From contig NW_024704743.1 in the NCBI RefSeq assembly GCF_018977255.1, positions 37,450,001 to 37,514,000 of the forward strand: 64,000 bases of DNA. The letters run 5' to 3'. The first letter of the stretch is position 1, and each line of letters opens with the position of its first letter. The translations under genes were made by a program, and so were the position numbers. Source of the DNA: Callorhinchus milii (Eukaryota). The notes below the pieces were generated by a model. That model had not been told where the DNA came from and ran no database searches. It was given only the letters and a program-made list of their open reading frames with translations. Of the stretch, positions 23,558 to 35,537 are shown in pieces.

Positions 23558-25667
23558 CAACAACAACAAAATTACATTTGTATAGCGCCTTTCAAATTGG
23601 GAGGATGTTCCAAGGTGCTGGAGAGTCAGTGTTTCGGACCCGAGCTAGGGGAGGGTGGAGGGCAGGGGGAGAAGGGAGGTGATCAAAGGCATGGTCGAAG
23701 AGGATGATCTTAACATGGGTCTTGAAGTAGGCAAGGGAGGGGGTTAGGCAGAAGGACATGGGATGGGGTTCCAGGAGGTGGGGGTAGAGTGGCTGAAGGC
23801 CTGGCTGTCAATGATGGGGCGGGCAAGGAGGGAGATGTGAAGCAGACCGGAGCCCGCTGAGCGAAGCGAGCGAGCAGGTTGATGGGGATTAGGAGATCGC
23901 AGAGGTAGGGGGAACAAGGTCATGGAGGGCTTTGAAGGTGAGGACCGGGATCTTGAACTGTATCCTCAGAGTAATGGGAAGCCAGTGGAATTGGGCGAGA
24001 ATGGGGGTGATAGGGTCACGGAGCCTGATGCAGGAGAAGACACGGACTGTAGAGTTCTGGATGATCTGCAGCCTGTGGAGGGAGGTGCTGGGGAGGCTGA
24101 CAAGCAAGGAGTTCGCATAGTCTAGCCTGGATGTTATGAATGCGTGTATGAGGGTTTCAGCAGCCTGCAGTGTGAGACGGTGGCAGAGCCGGGCGACGTT
24201 GCGGAGGTGGAGGAAGGCAGAGCGAGTTATGGCACGGATGTGGGGTAGAAAGATATTTAATAGTCAAACAAAATGCCAGTGTTCCGGACTGGCTTAGCAA
24301 GGTGGAGTGTGCATCCGTGGATGGTGATGCTGTCAGCGCCTGAGATGTGGAGGCGAGGACAGGAGCCAATCAGGAGAGTCTCAGTCTTGTTGATGTTCAA
24401 CTAAAGAAAGTTAGCTCTCATCCAGGACTTGATGTCTGATAGACATTCTGTCGGGACAGCAGTGGTCCTGGAGTCAAGGGTGGAAGCAGAGAGGTACAGG
24501 TGTGGGTTGAAGCCCCATGTCGGGACTTTGAGCTCGCAAAATCTAGGATGACACTAATGTGCTGCTAGGGTTGTGATTCCTGCATTTGCAGAAGTACCAT
24601 CCATCTGAAGACATATCCCATCTACCTGTGGGTATTAAATATCTTACCATATGAAAAGAGAAATACAGTTGGGTGTCATCCACATACATGTTGAAGTTGA
24701 CCCCATGTCTGCGGATGATGTCACCAAGAGGGATCTGAATTGTTGAAGAGGAGCGGACCAAGGACAGAGTCCTGAGAATGCCGCATGAGACGGTGTGGGG
24801 GCTAGAGGTAATACCGTTTGTGGAGATGAAGTGGAGATGGTGTGAGAGGTACGATCTGAACCAGTCAAGGATAGAATCATGAAGGTTAAGGTGAGAGGAG
24901 GATAGAGTGGTCAAAAGGGAGCAGGTGGTCGGTTTCATGCGGGTTATATTGGTCGTGAGAGAGGAGTGGGAGACAGGTTCGAAGGAGTGGAGGGAGGGAT
25001 GGATGGGTAGGGGCCGGGTTGGGAGGAGGAGATGGAGAAGGTGTAGTAGATGGAAGGTAGAGGCAGCTGAGCGGATCCCCTTCACTTCGGTTTCGAGGAA
25101 GTCCAGCATTGCCTCACAGTTGGCATTGGAGGAGAGGATGGGTGAGGGTGGGCGGAGGAACTGGTTGGTGATGGAGAAGAGGAGCCTGGGGTTGTCCTTG
25201 GCCTCCAAGCTTGTCTTGGAGTAGAATAATGATTTAGCGGAGGTGAGGGCAGAGCAGTAGGATTTGATAAGGTCCAGCTATATCTGCCGATGGACCACTA
25301 AGTTGGATTTTAGCCAGATGCGTTCAGTGGCAAGCACTTGTGCCTTCAGGGAACGGAGTTGGCCAGTACCAGGGTCACTTTCGTGAGTAGAAGACCGTTC
25401 GGGAAGTGAGAGATTCAAGAGTGGTGGAGTAGGGAGGAGAGTGACCTAGAAGGATTGGTCAGTGTGGGAGGAAGCCCAAAGGGGGAGAAATTTAGATGAC
25501 TCCAAGGCAGTGGAGAATGGAAGGGGTGGGGGGGGGAGATTTTTTTTTACCAGGGGTGGTAGGAGATGGAGTGAGGAGAGGGATTGAGGTGTTAAGGGAG
25601 ATGAAGTGATTGTCCAAGATGGCTTTGTCGGTGATGGTGAGGTCTAAGACGATGAGGCCCCGAGTGA
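23558..25667 (-). mobile_element. L2 LINE, ~2 kb, internally deleted, with an insertion at 24500-24656
   Basis: Endonuclease end (DLTITDKAILDNHFI), [40 protein letters not shown], (TTG)n tail. Confidence 0.92.
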
Positions 25668-26384
25668 TCCGAATCAGGCTGACACCTAGTTCTGAGTATA
25701 TTAAACTGATTTCCCAGAAATATATATCAATGTTTATTTCAGGATCCAGTGCTATTATTGGGATTTATCCTTTGATTTAAACTATTAATATATAATGATA
25801 TCATATAATTAGCCTGCATTGCTTAGCACAAGCTGTGATCCTATTACATAATCCTTTAATTTAATTAGAGCTGAGTCTTTCTTTTGAAAAAAATATTGGG
25901 TTTCAATTTAGCCGCCAGCTACATTTATTAAATGTACAAAACAAAGTTGCAGCTGGGGACTGTAACGCCGACGGAGATTTCAGGAACAGATATTTAAATA
26001 CTTCTTACAATTTTTTGCACTGGAAGCTGGGGATTGATAGATTGACAAGTTAAAGTAAACCTAGCCTTCTCAATTTTCTCATTTTATTACATTAGTAGTC
26101 ACCAAAACCACCTGTTTGTTGAACTTGTGGTGCTTAAGCAGATGAGTCTAACATTCAGTGGGGCACCTTCACCATGGTCTTGCCTCCATCGTGGTTTCAC
26201 CTTCACTGAGCCTTCAGATCAATGCTCTGAGATGCTAACCCTGTGAAGGCTGCTATTATAAATGAAAATTATTGTTGTTGTGGTATCAGAAAACTTTACT
26301 GAACTTAAGTTTTACTTTACTGCCTCACAAGTCTTCTCCTCCCAAAGATGGCAGTGACCAACTGCAACCTGCAGCACTCCCCAC

Positions 26385-26700
26385 TGCTCTACAGTGCTGG
26401 GTGATCATTGTTGGAGGTGCTGTCCTTCACATAGAGTGTTAAACCAAGGTCCCATCCACCTTTTCATGTGGACATTGAAGATCTCATGGCACTATTTGAA
26501 ATGAGAAGGGAGCTTCTCCTGGTGTCCGGGCCAATCTTACAATTAAAAAAAATGTTATTCACTTCCCAGCTGTTTGTGGCATATTTCGGTGTACATTTGT
26601 CAGCTTCATTTGTATGAAATACCTAGTAACTACACTTTACTGAATCCTCTGTGAAACACTTTGAGATGTTTTGACTGTCAAAAGCCAGGCTTATTATTAA
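26385..26700 (+). mobile_element. Deu-type SINE (old)
   Basis: ggaggtgctgtcctt…gttaaaccaaggtccc…gtggacattgaagatctcatggcactatttgaa…tcctggtgtccgggccaat. Confidence 0.75.
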
Positions 26701-27964
26701 TTATACAAATCCATTAGAATTCAGGAGCCATGATTATTTCTTTACAGTGGCAATGGTTTATATTTGGAGAGTGAAAAGTCTCAGCTCTGTTCACGACAGA
26801 AGAAAAGACAGGCTTTTCTGAGAAGAGATGAATATTCATGCTCTTTACAATTGAAAACCGCAGGCTATTTGCATAATAAATAACCACAATGTGTAAATTT
26901 TAAGATATCCAGATTGCTAGATGTTAAAGTTGAAAGTCTTATTCATGCCCCATAGGTGCAAACCTAGCAGACTTGATACTCAGCTCAAGTTTTGGTTACA
27001 AAGTTAAAGGATGACTGTTTCCTCTTCCTTCCGGCCCAAGACGAGCAAACAAGCATGAGTCGGATTGTGACTGATATCAGCATAGCAGATGATCTTGCTA
27101 TATTTGGGCCAAATCTAGTAAGAACTTTATAACATTTTACCACATCTTAAAAAAAAGTACTTAAAAATTAATGTCCGCGTTAGCGACTGTCACTATGTGA
27201 AATGTTTTACTAGAAACTAGTGTTGAAGCCATGTTTATACCAGTATCCAAATGAAAATTGGATAAAAACATGCAGCAAAGTCATTATAAAAAGGGTTCTG
27301 GGGAAAGTGCAGGGAACAGTATTAATAAAGTAAATGACTCTTAAGTTGTTTTATGTTTTTTTCAGATTTCCACCAGTCCAGATTTTCAATAGCTGAAGTG
27401 AAAGAATGCTTCACTTAAACTAGCAGCTTCCCCATTTGAAGCTGCTGCCCAGTCTGCCATGATGGTTCCCCCTGACAGTAACCTGCAGCTTGTTAATGCC
27501 AAGATCAACTTGTCGTACGTCAGTACTGGTGTTAAAAGCCACAGAAAAGAGGGAATTCAAAGAGGAATGTAAGAACAATTAAGGAATTTACTCCAATAAT
27601 GTGGAAATGTTCATGCCTCGAAAAAGGCTTAGGAATTTGGGATGTATGTTAATGAAATATGTCTTACATTTTTGCCCCCAAAATCCCATTATTTTCGAAT
27701 TATTTTGTTGATCAAATATTGCTCGGAATTTCTAGCTTAAGATACAAAATCTAAATACACTCCTTTATAAAGTGGAAAGGTAGATGGCGTAAGAACCCTG
27801 GTGAATTTGTTGCTAAGCCTCAAACACTGTACAGACTGTTATCTCTCCTGGCATTGTAGATTTAATTGGAAAATTACTGTGAGAAGCCCTTTTTAAGTAC
27901 TGCCAGCAGTTGTGCTGAGAGAGATCTGGAAATCTAGGCTTGCCATGTTCTTAAACTCACAAGT

Positions 27965-28785
27965 TCACATCAAGTCCTGGATGAGCTTTAACTTTCTCCA
28001 GTTCAATTTCAACAAGATAGAGCCTCTCCTGCTTGGCTCCTGTTAGCATCTTCTCAACACAGGCTTTTTTTCCCCCTCACCACAGGCGCTGACAGCATCA
28101 AACTACTTGGATGTGCACTCCATCTCCTGGAAACACTGTGGAACCTCAGTATCTTATCCTCAACTGTCCTTCAAACCTCACGTGCATGCTCTGACCCACT
28201 CAGGTTTTCCCACCTCTGTAATATGGCCTGCGTCTGTCACTATCTCTCACTTCTGGTTGCCAAGATCCTAATCCATTCATCATGTCCAGGCCAGATTATG
28301 CCAACTTTCTGCTCGCTGGACTACACAGGTCTTCCCTTCACAAGCTGCAGACCATCCAGAACTCTGCAGCTCATGTCCTATCCCAGGAGCCTAGCATCTG
28401 ACCTGGTGATACTATTTCCCATTGAATCAAGCTCAAGATCCCCGTCCTAAACTTAAAATCCCTCCATGGCCTTGCCCCACATTATTTCCACTCAGCAGGC
28501 ATCGGCCTGCTTCACGTATCCCCACCCCACTTACCTCACCATTGGCGGTCGGGCTTTCAGAGTGTCGACCCCGTTCTTTGGAACTCCATCTTGGAATCCC
28601 TTCGACTTGCCTCCTTCTAGGTCCACCTCAAAACCTTCCTCTTTGACTGCGATTACTGCCATCTTTCCCCCTTGTCCCCACCTCTCCCACCCCAGACCAC
28701 CCACAGCTCAGGTACAAACTTTCGATTGTCCAACGCCTTGGAGGTCCTCCTGACGTGAAAGGTGTTATATATATATGTAAATTTG
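27965..28785 (+). mobile_element. L2 3' portion (old)
   Basis: IKSWMSFNFLQFN…HKLQTIQNSAAH…TIGGRAF; L2 tail. Confidence 0.85.
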
Positions 28786-29106
28786 TACTGCATAAAGATC
28801 CAGCTCAGTGAGCCTTGTGTTACAACATGATAACATTTGCATTTCAGTTTACATTGTCACAATTCTTGACAATCTGAGACCACAGTTCTTCATGTAACAC
28901 ATCACTAACATACAAGCTCAACCTCTTAGAGACTTTCCTATTAATACGAATCTTGTCAAATCTTTCATAACTTGAAACTCTGAATTATGTTCTGAACAAT
29001 TCTGAAGATAGTTTGTACTGCTGTTTTACCCTGATTATGACAAACCATAAAACCTCTTTTTTTAATTATTTCTCTATCTTGTTTAATATGTACATTTTAT
29101 TCACAG

Positions 29107-29165
29107 AATGTGTTTTTTTGGCTGTTTTTTTCATGCACGACACCCCCAAATCAGCCCTTTACAAG
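29107..29165 (+). CDS. Candidate internal exon of an unidentified transcript
   Basis: ttttattcacag acceptor and AAG|GTCAGT donor; all three frames open; phase-compatible with 18670-18745 (…AKRMCFFGCFFHARHPQISPLQ). Confidence 0.3.
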
Positions 29166-29581
29166 GTCAGTATTTCACACCTCTGCTGAAAATGTTTGAC
29201 TTTTTCTATCTTTGGCCACAGTTCCATGGTTGCTGAGCAGCTGTCTCAGCTATCTCCACTTAAGTGTTACTCTTGACAGTGAGAGTTACAATGACAGTGT
29301 TATTTTTGACCCTTTGCTGTTGGAAACGTTTGTTTAAAAATCTATGTTTTCTAAGCTCCTCAGTAAAAATTGTTCCTGAGAAATGCATATGTTTTTTTCC
29401 AGAGTGTGTTTATATGAGCTCGGAGGAAGATTTGGATGAAGAATGCCTTTCGGCCCATTTAATTTCATGCAGGCTATTTGACCATCACAGTCAAGCCTGA
29501 TCCTGTCCTCAACCATTGTTCACACATCCATACCTTTCAGCAAAAGTATCTGGATAGCAATCAGAAACAGGAACTGTATAT

Positions 29582-29874
29582 ATAATGATAATCCTCGCAT
29601 TTGATATAGCGCTTTTCACGTCTTCTAGACGTCTCAAGTGCTTCACAAAATATACTGTAAAGTGATTGATGGTATATTTGTGCGCGAAGCATGGCAGCCA
29701 ATTGCACGCAGTGTCCCACAAACAGTCGTGGATTGAAGTGACTATTGTTATTTTTTGATGGATTATTATCAGGTGTGTGGAGTAAGGAACTTGCCCAAGG
29801 TTTTGCCTTGCCGGGAATCAAACCCGGGTCTCGCTTGTGAGGTGAGCGCTCTGACCTTTGAGCTACACGATTCC
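29582..29874 (-). mobile_element. tRNA-Ala/CORE/Deu SINE, intermediate subfamily, nested in an older SINE (~29430-30000)
   Basis: Lacks the internal block but keeps the gagacgtctagaagacgtg loop; both flanks belong to the second SINE family. Confidence 0.85.
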
Positions 29875-30553
29875 ACAACCCAGGGGACACCACCAACTGC
29901 GATCCTGACTGAGATGAGCTAATGCAGCTCAAACTTGTGACCTTCTGGTGTTTATAGCCAAGTGCGGTGCCTTTACTTACCAGGCCATCAGGGAGCCTGG
30001 TAGATGAACTTAATTTTTAATAAGAGTGGCTGTTTAGGAAACTAAATTGATCGACGCTATTGTGCCTGTGCAAATTATAGTGAAAAGAGTCCGTGAGTCA
30101 GTAAAGCGTTCTATTAAATCCACAGCAGCAGGTGCTGAAGCAGTCTTGACAGCATATCAATAAAGTAAAAGGCATTGCAGTGTCCCATTGTTGTCTGAAA
30201 TACTTAGATTAATAGAGTCCAGCTCGAATATAATGGATATAAAATGAAATGAAGCTTTTCTGTTCAGAGTACATGCTGGGTATTCTTTTCCTATCCCCAC
30301 TGTTAACCCACAGAGACTTTTTATAGAAAATACTTTTCAATCCAGCGGCCCTCTCGCATTTGAAATGCTTTGCAGAACTGCAGAGGCATCCCTGAAAGAA
30401 ATGAAGGATGCATTTAAAAGATTCATTTGTTCACAGAAACTGAGAGCAAAGAAATGTTCTTTAGATTTATGCTGAAAATGTCTTTATTAAAAAATATATT
30501 TTCTAAGCTGTTCTATAATAGTTGTGTATGAAAAATATATTTTGTTTTCTAAG

Positions 30554-31190
30554 GATGTTTATTCAGGATCACAAGAAAGGTTCAGGAGAAGAATGTCCTT
30601 TGGTCAATTTGACTTCATTCTTCCAGAACACCATCTAATAACCCATGACAGCACAATCTGTTGAATGAATCCTGGCAGGAGAAGATATGCTATCACTTTC
30701 ATGGTGGATAATGATCAGTTACCATGTTCGGTGCCACACTTCCGTAACATATATGGAGTGACAAGACCAACTGACATCTCTGACGGCTTGTTTCAGCTCC
30801 TCCATAGTCTCATACCACTGTCTTGTGTGTGCGTGTGCGTTGAGCATGTGTGTGCGGGTCGGGGGCGATAGGATAAAACAGGATTTTATGGACACCTTGT
30901 ACATGTTCATATAGAGTTGCGTTGGGAGCTGTGATCTGTTGTGCAGGAACTCACTCGCTGGTCCATTGACTCGGTGAAACCCATGGAGGAGGGATCTAAA
31001 GTAGCGTAAGGTGCGCATGTCAGTGGGAGACCCTCTTCTGAAGGACAACGTGGAGATCCGGAAGAATTACATAAGAATTGAGGGGTCCATACGGTGACTG
31101 GCATTCGCATCCCTGGCCACCGCATCCAGATTGTTATGCATAAAAGCAAAAAAAAGTAACTATTTATGCAATAAAACCTTTATCCCAATA
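30554..31190 (+). other. Candidate terminal exon / 3' UTR
   Basis: ttttgttttctaag acceptor; stops in all frames by 30664; TATTTAT at 31161 and AATAAA at 31170-31175 with T-rich sequence downstream. Confidence 0.25.
30660..30901 (-). mobile_element. Tc1/mariner relic: one TIR plus transposase C-terminus
   Basis: TA+CAAGGTGTCCATAAAA terminus at 30901-30884; with two compensating frameshifts the minus strand reads YETMEELKQAVRDV/GLVTPYMLRK/WHRTW*LIIIHHESD. Confidence 0.6.
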
Positions 31191-31794
31191 TCCCATCAGA
31201 GTGTAAAGTTTTTAAAAGTTTCCTTTTTGAGCAGAGATCGGCAGCAGAAGATCACGGGTGGAAGGAGTTTGGTAATGCAGGGTGCAGAGTCGTGTTGTGT
31301 GAGAGCAGCAGACCAGCTTGGATGTGTATTCCTTAATATAATCCAGGTTCCCAGGCTCCATTGAGAAATCTGTGTTCCAGTCTAGCAAAACTCCTCATGT
31401 TGTGTGGTTGGGAAGTGTGGTTGCCATACTCAATTCTAAACTACCTTGCCAGGGGGCTCTTGAGTGCCAAACTGTATTTGGTTGCGAATGGGACTATTGG
31501 CAGTGAGCGCTGCCTTCAAAATATTTCTACTTCTCTTAACCAGGGCATACATTTCCCTTTTACCTTTAACTGTTTGGCTGCTGGAATTTCTCCCCCCACA
31601 ACCATGGCAAAATGCTAGGATGGATGAAAAATCACACAGAGTCATTATGTTGTCATTGAGAGAAATGGGCTGCATTTCATAATGTAAACATTAATTATTA
31701 AGTTGAATTCTTTATGAAACACCTGTTTACAACCATATAGACATTGTTTATTTTTTAGAATGTCAAAACACTCTTGTTCATCATCGCATAAAAA

Positions 31795-32118
31795 ATAATA
31801 ATCCTTCCATTTCACATCCAGAGGACATCTCAAAGACTTCATTGGATTTACTGTATATAAAGTGCAGTGACCGTGTACTTTGTGGGCAAATGCAGCAGCC
31901 AACTTGCCACAACACAGTAATGGAGTGATTGATCCAATTTTATTTGGTGATTGTTGGCCAGGACACCTGGAGAAGCACCCTTCTCCAACAATAAAGCACC
32001 CCCCCCACCCCCCCAGGATTGAAGTGTCTTCGGCTGAGTTCAACTCCCAATGTGGGGTTTGAACTCACAATCTTCTGACTTACAGGCAAGAGTACTTTCA
32101 ACTGAGCCAAACTGTGAC
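31795..32118 (-). mobile_element. Deu-type SINE with tRNA head
   Basis: Reverse complement of ggctcagttgaaagtactcttgcc…gtgagttcaaacccc, the Deu body and tail. Confidence 0.7.
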
Positions 32119-32296
32119 ATATTATAATAATAATCCTTACATTTGATATAGCACCTTATCACGCCTTTGAGGCGTCTCAAAGCGCTTCACAAAATAGACT
32201 GTAAAGTGAATTGAATGTGCATTTTGTGAGTGTAACACGGCAGCCAATTGCACAAAACAGTGTCCCACAAACAATTATGGATTGAGTGACCAATTT

Positions 32297-32624
32297 ATAA
32301 TAATAATAATAATAATAATAATCCTTGCATTTGATATAGCGCTTTTCACGTCGGGAGGACGTCCCAAAGCGCTTCACAGAACACACTGTAAAGTGAATAG
32401 ACTGTATATTTGTGGGCGAACGCAGCAGCCAATTGCGCACAGCAATGTCCCACAAACAGTCATGGATTGAAAATGACCAATTTATCATTGTTTTGTTGTT
32501 TTGGAGGGATTATTATTAGGCATGTGGAGTAAGGAAACTTGCCCAAGGTTTCGCCCTGCCTGGAATTGAACTCAGGTCTCTCGCTTGCAAAGCGAGTGCT
32601 CTAACCACTGAGCTACAGGACTCC
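32297..32624 (-). mobile_element. tRNA-Ala/CORE/Deu SINE, young, full length
   Basis: Intact A box TAGCTCAGTGG and B box; TSD-like CAATTTATA at 32291-32299 and 32626-32634. Confidence 0.95.
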
Positions 32625-32710
32625 ACAATTTATATATTTTTAAGGGATTATTACCGCAGTAATGCAATCCAACAATCGACTAACATACTGGTTCCTACTT
32701 ACTCCTACTT

Positions 32711-33030
32711 GGAGTCCTGTAGCTCAGTGGTTAGAGCACTCACTTTGCAAGTGAGAGACCTGAGTTCAATTCCAGGCAGAGGGCGAAACCTTGGGAAAGT
32801 TTCCTTACTCCACACACCTAAAAATAATCCCTCCAAAACCAAAAACAATAATAAATTGGTCATTTTCAATCTACGACTGTTTGTGGGACATTGCTGTGCG
32901 CAATTGGCTGCCGCGTTCGCCCACAAATATACAGTCAATTCACTTTCCAGTGTGTTCTGTGAAGCGCTTTGGGACGTCCTCCCGACGTGAAAAGCGCTAT
33001 AACAAATGCAAGGATTATTATTATTATTAC
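32711..33030 (+). mobile_element. tRNA-Ala/CORE/Deu SINE, young, full length
   Basis: GGAGTCCTGTAGCTCAGTGGTTAGAGC head, TGC anticodon loop, B box, L2-type tail, (ATT)n. Confidence 0.95.
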
Positions 33031-34426
33031 AGTTAGGTAAACAGAGGCGTGTGGATTACGGAAGCTTGCCTAAGGTTTTACCCTGCCTGGGAATCAAACC
33101 CAGCTTGCTTGTTTGCGAGGCGAGTGTGTGAACCACTACTCTACAAGGGGAACTTTTCCCTCCATTATTCTACTCCCGTCTCTTTCTCTACCTTCTGCTT
33201 CTAACTCTCAGTGGAGTCTGCAATCTCCTCCACTCTCACCCTTACTACCATGTCTGCTGTTGTGACTCTCTCCCCCTCCTCTGCCTCTCCAGCTTTGTCT
33301 GTCTCCATCTCAATGACCACCATTTGTGGCTTATGTTTACGAGCAGACGATCTTGGCTCTCTCTCTCTCCCATGCGTGAATTGGTGTTTGGCACCAATAT
33401 AATTGTGTATATAATACGTAATATAATCCAATCCTGCACAGGATGGTGCCTTAATGCATCGGGACATTGGGGAGTTAAGCCAAAATGTGTTGTTCCCATG
33501 AGTGATACTTGGCTGTTTCTGATCAATGTTTGAACAACAGTTTCTTTATATTAGTAGCTATAATCTGGATTTGAACCAATTGCATATCTTACGCCAGAGC
33601 AAACTGAAATAAATAAATGCCAAAACCTTAGACAGAAAGAACTCTAGTGAAATTCAGATGGTATCTGTACCGACAACAAATAAACAAGTAACCAAAACAA
33701 GCATAGGAACAGGACTTAATATTCCAAACAAAATAGAGGGAGGAAGCAAAAGATGTTAAGTGAAAGCAGAGAAATGAATAAAATAGCAATAACAACAATT
33801 AGATGAATTGTTGTTCACGACTGTGTGGAGATGGGAACCTCCACTGATCCTATTTACAGCAACTCTTCTGTTAAGCAGCAAGCAGCTTTTGTAGTCTATT
33901 CTTTATAGTGTACCAGGCAGTCACTGCATGTCAAGCAATCATTTGTGAAATGTGGGTGGGGAAGCTGTCTTAGCAGGATTTCACGACTTTGTTGTGCAGC
34001 TAGATTAGAAATAATTTGTTGCTTGGCTGCAGGAAGCTAAAATCACGGAATACTCATCAGCTTTCAATGGTCTTGGGGAATCTGACAGTCAATTAAAACG
34101 TGTATAGAGGGTCAAACATGAGATGTCTTTCAAAGATTGTCTCAAAGCAGAGCATTCCATCAACTCATAAAGGGAAGAGGTTGCTTTATTGTAACACTGT
34201 CAAGCATTTGTTGTTGTCTGTCTGGTCTGTCAGAGCTAAAGGTCTCCACACAAAAGACTCAACCAAAATGGTTTGATTAGGTTCCAAGAGGAGGGCAAGA
34301 GTTTCACCATTAAAGATGGAAAGGGCTAATCATTAACCATGGGTTTGAAAAAGTCCTCTTTAGGAAAGAAGTAGCAATCACTGGCATCTTGTTGCCAGTG
34401 AGTAGGACTCATGATGTAAACTGGGT

Positions 34427-34560
34427 CTTTTTTTTCGTCAACTGGGTATCTGACACACACTCTGACCGTGATTAAGGCTATCCACACCAAACCGCTGAGA
34501 TTTTCACATGTGCATGGAATTGGGAAACGATGAATGTCATGTGGACTCACAAGACACAAG
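34427..34560 (-). repeat. Family X, diverged terminal copy
   Basis: T-run + cgtcaactgggtatctgacac…tatccacaccaaac…gcatggaa. Confidence 0.45.
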
Positions 34561-35126
34561 TTCTGACACAAGATCTTGGACTCGTTCTCAGGAGATGGTT
34601 TGAGGTACATAGGATTCTCTGCAGAAAACTCAGTTTACATCACAAGCCGCCTGGTCACGAAATGCCTTGAGTTGGTACAGTACGTGGATTTCCCATGTCT
34701 CTTCAGACTGTACAATTTGAAGGAAATCCCAATTATTTCCTCTTCTCCCCACCTTGCAACAATTTCGATCAATCTACAAAGCATTGAGGACTGAGTAAGC
34801 CCACTGGGATTCAACCCAGAAATTTATAGTCCCAAATTAATAATAATCCTTACATTTGATGTAGAACCTTTCACATCAGGAGGACTTTTCAGAGTGCTTT
34901 ACAGGATTTATTGTAAGGCGTAGTGACTGTATTTTGAAGGTAATTTGCACATAGCAATGTCCCATAAATTAACTGACTAAACCGCCCAGAATATTACTAA
35001 ATAAACTGAGAAACTACATAGTGTGAAGGATTCTCATCACTATCAGTATTAGCTAGGTCTTCACATCACAGTTTAATTGGCATTTGTGGAAAGATGAGTA
35101 ATATCATTGCTGTTTCAGATCTGTTT

Positions 35127-35450
35127 GGAGTCCTGTAGCTCACTGGTTAGAGCACTCGCTTTGCAAGCGAGAGACCTGAGTTCAATTCCAGGCAGGGCGA
35201 AACCTTGGGGTGGTTTCCTTACTCCACACAGAGCCTAATAATAATCCCTCCAAAACCAAAAACAATAATAAATTGGTCATTTTCAATCCACGACTGTTTG
35301 TGGGACACTGCTGTGCGCAATTGGCTGCCGCGTTCGCCCACAAATATACAGTCAATTCACTTTACAGTATATTCTGTGAAGCGCTTTGGGACGTCCTCCC
35401 GAAGTGAAATGCACTATATCAAATGCAAGGATTATTATTATTATTATTAT
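35127..35450 (+). mobile_element. tRNA-Ala/CORE/Deu SINE, young, full length
   Basis: Near-identical to 32711-33030. Confidence 0.95.
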
Positions 35451-35537
35451 CTCCTAAGGACTATCTTTCCTTTTTCACTTGACTGATGAACAAATACTGT
35501 GCAGTTTTACTTTGCTGGAAGTTCTCTGTCAGCAAAT

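Larger units (their letters stand above)
32121..33147 (-). mobile_element. Old long SINE split into three pieces (32121-32296, 32625-32710, 33031-33147)
   Basis: The pieces are colinear with the reverse complement of 41161-41533 once the two young SINEs are removed. Confidence 0.8.

Noticed and set aside
30554..30871. Frame with a single in-frame TGA after Cys (…STIC*MNPG…), suggesting selenocysteine
   Set aside because: No selenoprotein similarity, no convincing SECIS downstream, and the read-through part is the antisense of a transposon relic.
32711..32785. tRNA-Ala(TGC)-like gene (also at 35127, 32550-32624, 41161, 60524)
   Set aside because: The acceptor stem does not pair and each continues into SINE body and tail; these are SINE heads.
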